Shown here: positions 22,244 to 33,056 of the stretch, in pieces
How the letters are laid out: each line of letters begins with the position of its first letter
Numbering within the stretch: the stretch's first letter is position 1
Assembly (NCBI GenBank): GCA_000004985.1
Contig: GG738905.1
DNA length: 64,000 bases
Origin: Naegleria gruberi
Taxonomy: Eukaryota
Direction: 5' to 3' (one strand)
Made by a program: the position numbers and the translations under genes
The notes under the pieces: model-generated
Seen by the model: the letters and a program-made list of their open reading frames with translations, nothing else
The model's database searches: none
What the model was told of the DNA's origin: nothing

Positions 22244-22594
22244 TTATTCATCTGGTTGAGGTTTTGATAAATCCAAGCCTGGACATACTATCTGATCCCT
22301 TCTCACAATATTCTCTCGTAACATATATTGTACCACATTCATTCTTTGATCTCCCTGGAGAGTAATGATTTTTCCCCTCTCTTCATCATCAACAACTATT
22401 GCACTGCATTCAAATAGTGATGAGAGGGTTTTAGTTAAGGTTTTGAGTGGAATGTTTTGTGATAATCCCTCAATGGTGGTAATTTTCTTATTGTTGGACC
22501 GGGAAAAGATTCGGACGTGTATTTTGGAAATTTCTGGTTCTTCTTCTTGGAAGGGATCGTTCGATAGGAAATCAGTGTTGCATGGTTTTGACAT
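22244..22594 (-). CDS. Translation initiation factor eIF1 (SUI1 family)
   Basis: The start is A-rich. DPFQEEE...ISKIHVRIFSRSNNKKITTIEGLSQ...ITLQGDQR aligns to eIF1 DPFAD...IHIRIQQRNGRKTLTTVQGI...IQLQGDQR. Confidence 0.75.
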   Translation of the reverse strand: MSKPCNTDFLSNDPFQEEEPEISKIHVRIFSRSNNKKITTIEGLSQNIPLKTLTKTLSSLFECSAIVVDDEERGKIITLQGDQRMNVVQYMLRENIVRRDQIVCPGLDLSKPQPDE

Positions 22595-23010
22595 TTTTTT
22601 TAAATTGCAAAATTGAATAGAAATCAACTGCAAAATTGAATTTTTTGGTGCCTTATTATTCAAAAATAAAATATAAATTTAAAAAATTGTCATCATGGTT
22701 ACATGTATTCGGATGGATTGTTATTCTTCTCGTCTTAACTTTTGGTGTTGAAGGAGTGGAGCATATGAGAGTTTGAAAATGTTGTAATACGATGGATAGA
22801 TTTTTTAAAATAATAATTGAATCAAGTGTTGTTATGTATTAACATAGATTGTTAATAAGTGCTTATAGATTAATTTAAGAAATGTCATCCTTATTTAGAA
22901 TAATACAACAATTCAACACGATATGAGTCAATAATGGCGTCTGTGTTTGTACTGGAAGTGGCGTTTCTTGACACAGTTCTTCGTATTGCTATTGAGTAAC
23001 CAAGTAAAAA

Positions 23011-26000
23011 ATGTCTAGTTTATGGCCTTCATTGGTGTTGCTGGTTATGTGTTTGATTTCTCTCGTTAGTGTTACTACTTTACATGCACAAGTGAACACA
23101 AAACCAGTTGACTACTCAATTACCACAATTATTGGTACTTCTGGAGATGGAGCAAAGGCACTCAATGTTGGTATTTATGATGGAAGAGGATTGGTTGCAG
23201 ATAATAGAAATGGTAACATTTACTATGCAGATGGATTGAATTCTCAAGTAAGATATTTTGACACTAATGGAATATCACATCTCTTTGCTGGTTCTCCTGC
23301 CTATCAATATGGATCTCCTTCTGATAGTTTAGGTTTTGCCAATGATTCACTGAGTCTTCCATATGGAGCCGCTTTAAATTCAAAGGGAGATGTTTTCATT
23401 GTAGATAGTAGTCAAAATAGAGTGAAGAAGGTATTTTACAATTCAACTATCAATGCATTCAACATGATTACTGTTGCTGGCGGTGGTTCATCATTGGCAA
23501 GTGGCATTCCTGCTCTCTCAGCAACATTTACTGCCCCAAGATGTATTGCTGTTTCACCTGATGATGAAGTTTATGTTTGTGATGCTTTTAATTACTTGAT
23601 CAAAAAGATTGTAAACGATACTATTTACAATGTGATTGGAACTGGCATCAAAGGAAATAGCGTTGATGGAACTCTTGCAAATAATACAAAGATTAGCAGT
23701 CCTAGTAGCATTGCTTTCCATCCAATAACTAAAGAACTATTCTATTCTGACCTACTCGCCAATGTCATTCGCTACATTGCTAGAAATGGATCAGTATATA
23801 CATACGCTTCAATAACTAGTCCTAGGACAATTGTTTTCAATTCAAATGGCGACATGTATGTCAGTATTTCAACAGCCAATCAGATCATCAAAGTTGTGAA
23901 CGGTATAGCAACTGTGATTGCTAATAGTTTGTCTACAAACGGATTCAGTGGTGATGGTGGTAATGCTATAAGCGCTTCATTGAGTTTTCCATTTGGCTTA
24001 GCTATTTATAATAACAGTTTATATATTTCAGATTCTTCGAACTATAGAATTAGAAAAATAGATTTGACCTCTAACATTATTAGCACTGTTGCTGGTGATG
24101 GTTCTAAACAATATTCTGCCAGGTATCCTGGTTATATCTTAGACGTTCCACTCGCCAGTCCACTATCAACATTTTACAATTCACAAACAGATGAATTATT
24201 AATGGTAGATAATAACAGAGTATTGAGACTCAATTCTTTAACAAACTACAAAAATTCTCTAATTGAAAGTATTGCTGGAAATGGGGTGTTAGCTGTAGAT
24301 GTTGATGGTAAATTGGGAAATCAAACTTCTCTCAATTCTGCATGTTCAGTCTTCCAGTCTGAAGCAACAGGAGATATTTATATTGGCACAGTAGGATCAG
24401 TACTAAAACTATCTAAGAGCAATCAATTGGTTTCAACCATTGCTGGAACAATTTCAAAATACACAGGAGATGGTTCCTCTGCAATTCAAGCCCAATTAAA
24501 TGGACCCACTGGTGTTGCCATATCACCAAATGGAGAAGTTTACATATCTGATTCAAGTAATGATGTTATTAGAAAGATTGATACAAATGGTGCTATCTCA
24601 ACTGTTGTTGGATCTAGCTCAGGATTCTTGGATGCATCAGCTCGTAGAGCACAACTTGCAAATCCTATGGGTATTGCTTTTCTGCCTAATGGTGACTTGA
24701 TTATTTCTGATGCTAAGAATAATAGAATTAGAAAATTCAGTATCAGCTCAGGAAATGTTACAACAATTGCTGGAACTGGTTTAACCACGTACAATGGGGA
24801 AGGCCTTGTTGGAGTTGCAACAAATATCAATTACCCTACTGGTATTTGTGTTAACAGTAGTAATTCAGAAATTTTCTTTGCAGGTTTGTTTTACTATTCG
24901 ATTATTTTAACACTTTTTCACAGATACCTTCAATTACAGAATTAGAAAAATAGATTCGACAGGAACTATAAGAACAGTAGTAGGAACAGGTTCCTCATCA
25001 TACACTGCAGATGGACAAAATGGAACATCAACTTCTGTTTCAGCTGTTGGCTTACAGATACATCCAATTACAAGAGAATTGTATTATAGTGATGGAGCTT
25101 TTATTAGAAGAGTTGATTCTAAAGATGGCAAAATCTATACAGTCATTGGTGGTGGAAATACTTATTCAGCACTCAGTTTAGCCAACTCTACATACTTGGG
25201 TATTGTTCGTAATTTTACATTCTCCCCAAATGGAGATATTTATGTGAGCTGTCCTTCTTTTAACGTTATCAAAAAGATGGACTATGGCTCCAACATTGTG
25301 TATAATGTGGTTGGAACTGGTAGTACGGTTCTAACTGGAGATGGACCTGCCTTATCAACTTATTTGTCAAATCCTGGTGGATTGGCTGTAAACACTAATG
25401 GTGAATTGATTTTTGCAGCATCTTCAGGATTATCAAATTATGATGGAATTAAAAAACTTTCTGGTGGAATGGTAGCAACAATAGCAGGTGGAATTGGAGA
25501 TGGTGGACTTGCAATCAGAGCAAACATTGGAAAGGTTTCAGCAATATCAGTTACTGACACTGATATTTATCTTTCAGATCAAGGCAATAACAGAATTAGG
25601 AAGATTTCATTATCGACTGGTATCATTTCTTCAGTTGTTGGTGCTTTTTACAGTACTGATAATGGTGATAATTTGGCTAATCAAACCAACATTAATTTAG
25701 TCAATGATGTGAGAATTAGTACTGGTGAAATAGTATTCACTGATTCTGGACATAATAAGATCAGAAAGACAGATCTGTCCGGAAGAGGTAAAGTGATTAC
25801 AATTGCAGGAAATGGAAGCAGTCAAGCAATAGTTTCAGAAAACGTATTGGCAAGTGAAGCGTATTTGAATAATCCTGGATCAATTGGTTATTTATCAACT
25901 GGTGAACTGATTATTACCGATACTGGAAATAATGTTATTAGAAAGGTTGGTTTGAATGGAAATATTTCATTGATTGCAGGTCAATATTTCCAAAGTGGAT

Positions 26001-27535
26001 TCAATGGAGATTCATCAAATGCCAAGAGTTCATTGTTGAGCAATCCAAAGGGTCTTTCAATTTTGAACGATGGAAGAATTGTATTTGTTGATAGTGGCAA
26101 TTTCAGAGTTCGAATGCTCACACCATATTGTCCACAAGGATACTACTTGACCCAAAACTCCAATGGTCTTGTTTGTAACTTTCTAACCTGTTTTGGAATT
26201 GCAAGCAATGATTCGAAAGTTTGCTCAGGAAATGGCGTTTGCCAATCGTTAGACTCGTGTTTATGTTCAAATGGATATAGTGGTGTCAATTGTAACCTTG
26301 CACCTTGTTTTGGAATTGCCTCTAATATTCCACAAGTATGTTCTGGAAGGGGAGTTTGTCAATCATTGAATAATTGTTCATGTTCAATGGGTTACTATGG
26401 TGTGAATTGCGAATTAAAAGCAGATAACCCTACGATTAATGTGACAACATGCTATGGAATTGATTTCAATAATTCAAACGTTTGTTCAGGAAGAGGAATT
26501 TGCCAATCATTGAATAATTGTTCGTGTTTCACAGGATATTCGGGTTTGAATTGTTCTGGCGTGGTTTCAGATAACTCCAATACGTCTCCAAATTCATCAA
26601 ATTTGACAACTTGTTTTGGCATTGCATTCAATGATTCTACTGTTTGTTCAGGAAGGGGAATTTGCCAATTATTGAATAACTGTTCGTGTTTTTCTGGTTA
26701 TTCAGGATTAAATTGCTCCAAAGATAGTACAAAGAATGATGATAATTCAAATGCAGATTACTGCACTCTGTATCCAAACTCGTATGTTTGCTCTCCTCTC
26801 TCATCCTTTAACACAACCGAAACTCAGATTACCAAAGTTTCAAATATTACTCAATTAGATTCAAAGACCATCCAATTTGCCTCAACTTCAACAATTTCCA
26901 TTTCTTTGCCATCAATCATTTCACAATATCTTCAAAATACTGACACATCACTCAAGAATGATTCAGTTCAAGTTGTCTCCTCAATTGCCGAAAGTAAGAA
27001 TTCAAATAGTGATGCAGCTGTCATTTCATCCATTGTTTCTTTGGTTTTATTGAAATCAAGTTCAAGTGAAAAGATTACAGTTCAAAATCTTGAACAACCA
27101 ATTTCACTATCGTTTGAGAATGTTACTCTAACAGTTTCAAGTATTGATACTTTGAATATTTCATGTGTTTATTATGAGGAGAATTCTAAAGAATGGAAAT
27201 CAGACGGAATGGAAACTGAGATTAAAAATTTAGAAATTCACAACCTTGCAGATGGAAATATCACATTAACACTCTCCATCCTATGTAACACCAATCACTT
27301 GACTTCATTTTCTGTAATTGACCAAAATTACAAGAAGGCAGCCACCAAACCAACACCTCAACCTGCTCAATCAAATCAACCAACCAAGGATGCTGAAATA
27401 CTTCAAGATAATACTGTTTTAATTGGAGCTATTGTAGGCGCAGTTGGAGGAGTATGTGTAATTGCAGTTGTCATCTCAATAATTATTATTGTTGTTTGTT
27501 TATTAAGAAAGAGGAAGAAAGAGGAAATAAATTAA
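23011..27535 (+). CDS. Large type-I membrane protein with a signal peptide, about 12 NHL repeats, five tandem EGF/tenascin-type Cys-rich units, a Ser/Thr-rich stalk, a TM helix and a short basic tail. Exons are 23011..24883 and 24924..27535.
   Basis: NHL motifs include IYYADGLNSQVRYFD, FIVDSSQNRVKKV, YISDSSNYRIRKIDL and YLSDQGNNRIRKI. The EGF units read TCFGIASNDSKVCSGNGVCQSLDSCLCSNGYSGVNCN, five times. The C-terminal TM reads IGAIVGAVGGVCVIAVVISIIIIVVCLLRKRKKEE. A 40-nt GTTTGT...CACAG intron joins the ORFs in phase 1. Confidence 0.75.
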
Positions 27536-27622
27536 AACGAATATTTTCATCTAACAGACTCCACAACAACTCATCCCTTAAAAATTCCTGCAAAAAAATA
27601 CCTTTCTCTCCCACCAAAAAAA

Positions 27623-28678
27623 ATGCAAATCTACAACTGCACAACTTCTCATACTGATGATTCACTATTATTACAAATGCACGATGATCAAGATCGGCCT
27701 AATACTGTGCTAATGTTATGTGATATACAACCTCATGATAGAGAACATTTACTTCATAAAGAATTAACCCTCAAATTTAAACAAGCCTCCGATCGTGTTA
27801 TTTTGATTACTAATTCTGTGGAAAGATTTAAAAAACATAGAAAGATTGATGAGAGATTGGTTAGGGACTTGGAATTTGCTTTTAGAGTGGTACAAATTGA
27901 AGGAACAGCACTAAGAAAATTGAGAAATCAAAATAGAAGAGTGGCACTAGCAGCTGTTCAGCAAAATGGAAATGCCTATTCCTATATTAAAGGTCCTTTT
28001 CAGAGGGATTTGGAATGTGTGATGAGTGCTGCTTTAACATGTGGTAATAATATTGCCATGAGAATATTGAATCAGGATACATTATCAGATGAAGAAAGAA
28101 TGGGAGTGATGAAACGATTATTAGATAATAGTAGAGTGAATGTAGTTAGGCTATTTCGATGCATGCCCTCTAGTTGCTTTACAAGCTTGAATTTTTGCAT
28201 AGAATTGCTTCCTAAAGTTAAGAATCATTTGTATGATGTAATGTTTGCTTCATTTTGCAGTGATAGAGACGCCTTATTACAACTATTAAGAAATTGTCAG
28301 ACATTTGATCATGGATTTCCAAATTTTGTGGGTAAAGGGTTATGGGATAAAGAATTGGTTTTAGAGATGGTATCTAGGGACGGTATTTCAATTGAACATA
28401 TACCACGTAACTTACAAGCTGACAGGGATATTATTCTGACAGCTGTGAAAAACGACGGAAGAGCATTGATGTTTGCACATCCTCCACATAATTCTGACTT
28501 TGAAATCGTTACAGAAGCTGTCAAGAGTAATGCAAGAGGGTTTTTTTATGTTGATAATGAATTAAAGTCATCCAAGAAGTTTATTGATATGTGTATGAGA
28601 GAAAATCAAGAAGGATTTAGTTATTTGAGACAATACGATCATGAGGTAGAGAGCGGTTTAAGAAAGTTTGGTTACTAA
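27623..28678 (+). CDS. DUF4116-type repeat protein (second copy of the family)
   Basis: The start is A-rich. Repeats include LRNQNRRVALAAVQQNGNAYSYI, LQADRDIILTAVKNDGRALMFA and DFEIVTEAVKSNARGFFYVDNELKSSKKFIDMCM. Confidence 0.6.
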   Translation: MQIYNCTTSHTDDSLLLQMHDDQDRPNTVLMLCDIQPHDREHLLHKELTLKFKQASDRVILITNSVERFKKHRKIDERLVRDLEFAFRVVQIEGTALRKLRNQNRRVALAAVQQNGNAYSYIKGPFQRDLECVMSAALTCGNNIAMRILNQDTLSDEERMGVMKRLLDNSRVNVVRLFRCMPSSCFTSLNFCIELLPKVKNHLYDVMFASFCSDRDALLQLLRNCQTFDHGFPNFVGKGLWDKELVLEMVSRDGISIEHIPRNLQADRDIILTAVKNDGRALMFAHPPHNSDFEIVTEAVKSNARGFFYVDNELKSSKKFIDMCMRENQEGFSYLRQYDHEVESGLRKFGY

Positions 28679-29237
28679 TTGCCCACAGTATGAGGTTGGA
28701 GGAATGTTTCTGACATTTATTTTGTTTTATGGATTCATTTCTACTAGTGATTAAAAACTGAATTTTTCAATTACTTCCACATGAGATGTACACTATCCAA
28801 TTTCCATTTTTTAAATCAAGCAAAACGTTCATCCATATTAAGGCTGCTGATAAAACCTTTATGGTTTTCATACAGAGATCGTATCGCGTGAAGGAAACGA
28901 TGTTGTAAGTAGAAAATTCAAGACGAATGGTTAAGATTAATTTCCAAAAACGAAAGAAAATGTTCCCAAACAAAAGAAAAATCAACTGTTGTCAAGAATC
29001 ATGAAACAATTCATTTACATCAACTAGTGTAGAATATTTCATTTATTTGGCCGATTAACTCTCCTTTTAGAATGCGTACTATTTCCATTCTGAGTTTTAA
29101 AAGTCAAGACATTTCATGTTTTTTAAAGCAACCTAAACTCTTCGAAAAAAGCGATCTGTAGTAATGAACTAGACATAATTCAGAGATTGGTTGCAGTTTC
29201 GAATACTCTGGTCCAATAAACAAACATCAAAAAAACA

Positions 29238-29696
29238 ATGAGACAGCAAACAGAGAACTCCAAGAAAAAGTACAGCAAATTTTCAATTATTGAGTTTGCT
29301 TCATCAACTAGCTCGCTAAAGAAGGAGAATCATAAAGTTTCGAATACAAATTCATCCACATTAGAACACTTGCCAAAGAAGAGAGGAAGACCAACAAAGA
29401 ATACAACCACCAAATCGAACAAAACATGCATGTTCATAAAATCAACTGAAACAATACATGCGTATCATCTTCCAAGATACCATCCATACATGCGTGTAAA
29501 TACGAAACTGAACCAAACTAATTCTTCACTTGTTAATAATGTAAATTGTAAAGATTCATCCTCTTGCTCTTCAAGATCATCCTCACCACCTACAACACAT
29601 TTAAATTCTCATACAACAAACACTAATTGTAACTCTGTAATTTATAAGCAAAGAATTGTAAGAACTTCAATCTCCATCAGAGAATTGTTAAATTAA
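29238..29696 (+). CDS. Small AT-hook (KKRGRP) protein, paralog A
   Basis: The protein is 152 aa with LPKKRGRPTKNTTT and a conserved C-terminal QRIVRTSISIRELLN. It is about 70% identical to the protein of ORF 30709..31140. Confidence 0.55.
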   Translation: MRQQTENSKKKYSKFSIIEFASSTSSLKKENHKVSNTNSSTLEHLPKKRGRPTKNTTTKSNKTCMFIKSTETIHAYHLPRYHPYMRVNTKLNQTNSSLVNNVNCKDSSSCSSRSSSPPTTHLNSHTTNTNCNSVIYKQRIVRTSISIRELLN

Positions 29697-30708
29697 GGAT
29701 TTTCCATAAGAAATAAACTAATCATTAAGATCTACTGAATTTTACCACCACATAGTATCTCTGTTGAAGTAAATCTCGTGAAGTCTATTGAGATTTCGTT
29801 TAGTTTCGTTTGATAACAAATGAAAAGATCTCTAAAAAACTACAAATGTTATTTCTGTCATTAGAGAGTATTTCAAATTTGAGATATTTAAGCTCTCGGG
29901 AGATTGAAATTTGTTTTTTGAAAATATACACCCTAACATAGTTAGTTCACCTATCGGTTTTGGAATTAACCTTAAACCAGACGAATCATAGAAAGATTGT
30001 TGAGATTGGTATGATTTGGTGCCCTGTTGGACTTCCAAGAGATGTCATCCTTACATCTAAAGCATCAGAGAAAATTGAATCTTATGGAAGAAACCAAACT
30101 AAACAAACAACAAATTAACAAGTCCTCCTTTGTAAATACTCAATATTATCACTTGACAACAACGCATGTTGATAATACTAAACTTGTTGACACCTGTGTT
30201 ATTCCTTTGTAATACAACCGAAAACTAAAACAAACGAAACATTACAGGACTTGAACCTGAAAGAGAATTATTGAACTAATAAACACTTGTGCACTAAACA
30301 GGCAACGTAGCAGTACCTTTTACTTTCCATTTCCAATCTAGCGTACCATTTCCTTTTTAATTATTATAGATTTCTGACATTATTAAAATTCAAAAGTGGA
30401 TCTTCTCTCCCAAGATTTAATTTCACGTCATCTCAACAATTTTATTCTTGGTAATGGTAATGTCTATAAATTTGAGATCAAAACCTGTCATCTGTTTCGA
30501 ATAAAATTAACAACTTTCATTATAAAATAGAGATTATGCGCTTATTTTAAAGTCTCGAAAAGAAGAAACTGGATGTATAAAACAAGCAACAATAGTAACA
30601 AAGGCTCAATGAACCAGAGATTGTGAAGGTTTCGTATATTTAATCGAGTCAGTCTTCACGCATTTCAACAAACAAACATCAAAAAAAACATCATAGAAAT
30701 ATCAGAAA

Positions 30709-31140
30709 ATGTACAGCAAATTTTCCATTGTTGAGTTTACATCCCAAACTTTGTTAACGAAGCAGAAAGAGGAAATGAACAAAGTTTCGAATATGAATTC
30801 ATCTACTTTAGAACACATGCCAAAGAAGAGAGGAAGACCAGCAAAGAATACAACAACCAACAACAAGTCGAACAATACATGTATGTTCATAAAATCGACA
30901 GAAAGCTTTCAAGCATTGAGCTTTCCTTCAAGATATCATCCCTACATACATGTAAATACGAAACTGAGTCAAACCACCACATCCTCACCTCTTGTAAATA
31001 ATGTAAATTGCAAAGATTCATCATCTTCCTCTTCCTCACCGCCTACAACACATGCCAACACACTTACAAATGGTAACTCTGTAAATTTTAAGCAAAGAAT
31101 TGTTAGAACTTCAATATCTATCAGAGAATTGTTAAATTAA
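30709..31140 (+). CDS. Small AT-hook (KKRGRP) protein, paralog B
   Basis: The protein is 143 aa with MPKKRGRPAKNTTT and the same C-terminal QRIVRTSISIRELLN. The 5' flank is also similar to that of paralog A. Confidence 0.55.
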   Translation: MYSKFSIVEFTSQTLLTKQKEEMNKVSNMNSSTLEHMPKKRGRPAKNTTTNNKSNNTCMFIKSTESFQALSFPSRYHPYIHVNTKLSQTTTSSPLVNNVNCKDSSSSSSSPPTTHANTLTNGNSVNFKQRIVRTSISIRELLN

Positions 31141-31380
31141 TAAATTTGCAGTTTTTAAAAATTGAGGTGATGAATCTGAGTCTTGAAACAATAGAAATAT
31201 AATATAAAAAATGAGTTTGAATCAATTTTATATAAATTTATATCATATTCTATTATTTTACAATAGATTAAGATTTAAATGTTGTTATTAAGGTTGAAAA
31301 CATACATCGACTTGACAGCTTTTTACTATTCAAAATTTCAACAATTTACTTGAAAAGCTAATTTTGCAATTCAAAAAAAA

Positions 31381-33006
31381 ATGCAACAAGATGAAGAGAG
31401 AAATTTCTTTTCCTTGCTGAGCAATAATTCGGAAGAAGAATGGATGAATCATCCTCTCCTATTAATTTTCCTCATGATGAGTTTAATATTCGCCTTGTTC
31501 ATATTTAATTACAAGAAGAAGAAAACAATGAATAACACCATGATACAACAAATTGAAACTCTTGATTATTCATCAGTTGAAGAACAAATCAATGATGAAG
31601 ATGATGAAGAATTAATCAATGATGAAGACGATGAAGTAGAACAAGAACTTTCGAAAGATGAAGAATTACTTGCAAAAGTATCATCAACACAATTTGCAAA
31701 GGAAGAAGACACTTTAAATTATTCCATTTCGGAATCATCATCAGATGAAGAAATTGCACAAGAAGAACAACCGACAATAACAGAATTCAAGCAGGAATCA
31801 ACCACAAGAAGAACCTCAAGGAATAGTACTAATACTGATGAAGAAGCTCATGCAATTTCCTCTTCAACAACAACAAACATTGAAGCAGCAATTAATCATA
31901 ATAGATTGTTATTGCAACAATTGCAAAATTCATCCTCATCCTCTCATCAACACGTTTCAGCAACCTCATCTCCTCAGAAACAACAGCAGGGACATTTGCT
32001 TTCCACTCATTCCTTCCTTATGGTATGCTCAAAATGCAATAATCTCTTTGCTACCTTTATTCCACCAAAACAGGATTCAACATTGAAGGAGCCAGTCTTT
32101 CCTGAACGATTTAAAACACATCCATTCACATTTGGAGTTCTTTTAGGAGATAATAAGAGAAGAAATGTTGCATTTACACCTAGGTTTTCTGAGGAAGATG
32201 GAGAACAATTGTTTATTCCAACATTGTGTCAACCTGATTCGAAATATTTGGAAGAGGAATTTGATTGTAGGAAAATTCAAGAATCAGACCTTGCAGAAAT
32301 GAAAGATAAATGTAAAATGGCTAGGGATATGGGAAAACTATTGAGATTATTTTGTAAGAAGTGTGGAACTAAGGTTGGCTCAATTTTAAAAGAACCACTC
32401 CAATTGTCAGTTACTGAAGATATCAAATTACCTTTTAATACTTTTATGGATCAAGAGGATTGTTCCATAGTCGAGAAATGTCACTGCAACCATTCAGACT
32501 CAGTCGATATGAATACGTATATTAACAGTGAAAATATTGTCAATGTTTCAGATTCTTCAACATTTAGAAAAGTTTCTTTGGGTGAATGGAAGTATAGCTC
32601 ATTAGCTAGTATGCTTTTTGATATGCCAGACGTTCCACCAAAGAATTCATCAACTCACCATAACCGAAATAGGAATTACCACAATAATAATAGCAATAAC
32701 AATGGAAGAGGAAGGTTCCCACAAAGAAAGTTCAATAATAATCAACCACACAGAAGAAACAATCAAAGACCAAAATCATCCAATCCACAGCAACAACAAC
32801 AACAGAAACAGCAATCCTCTCAGAAAGTTCAATCACCACCACAACGAACACAAGAATCAACAACAACAAACAAAGAAGGTGGTGGCAAATCAAAGAAGAA
32901 GCGATCCCAAAAGAGAAAGAAAAAGAACAACTCCAATGAACCAGAAAATAAGAAGATTAAAGTTGAAGCATCAACCACTACCACTCCTTCAAATTCTCAA
33001 AATTAA
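31381..33006 (+). CDS. Acidic / Gln-rich low-complexity protein with CxxC pairs and a basic C-terminal tail
   Basis: The start is A-rich. The N-terminus has DDEDDEE tracts. The middle has CSKCNN...CKKCGTK...CHCNH, which may be a zinc ribbon. The C-terminus has a basic KKKRSQKRKKK run that looks like an NLS. Confidence 0.45.
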   Translation: MQQDEERNFFSLLSNNSEEEWMNHPLLLIFLMMSLIFALFIFNYKKKKTMNNTMIQQIETLDYSSVEEQINDEDDEELINDEDDEVEQELSKDEELLAKVSSTQFAKEEDTLNYSISESSSDEEIAQEEQPTITEFKQESTTRRTSRNSTNTDEEAHAISSSTTTNIEAAINHNRLLLQQLQNSSSSSHQHVSATSSPQKQQQGHLLSTHSFLMVCSKCNNLFATFIPPKQDSTLKEPVFPERFKTHPFTFGVLLGDNKRRNVAFTPRFSEEDGEQLFIPTLCQPDSKYLEEEFDCRKIQESDLAEMKDKCKMARDMGKLLRLFCKKCGTKVGSILKEPLQLSVTEDIKLPFNTFMDQEDCSIVEKCHCNHSDSVDMNTYINSENIVNVSDSSTFRKVSLGEWKYSSLASMLFDMPDVPPKNSSTHHNRNRNYHNNNSNNNGRGRFPQRKFNNNQPHRRNNQRPKSSNPQQQQQQKQQSSQKVQSPPQRTQESTTTNKEGGGKSKKKRSQKRKKKNNSNEPENKKIKVEASTTTTPSNSQN

Positions 33007-33056
33007 AGATTTCACATATTTGTGGAATAATTTTTCACTTTTAATTACAAAAAAAA

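Larger units (their letters stand above)
29195..31140. repeat. Tandem segmental duplication, two units about 1.47 kb apart, each carrying an AT-hook gene plus its 5' flank
   Basis: Visible nucleotide similarity, around 80%, runs from the catcaaaaaaa(a)ca... 5' flank through the shared stop context gaattgttaaattaa. Confidence 0.6.

Noticed and set aside
24500-24830. ORFs 24500..24700 (+) and 24540..24830 (-) inside the NHL gene
   Set aside because: They are alternative-frame or antisense readings inside a strongly supported coding region.
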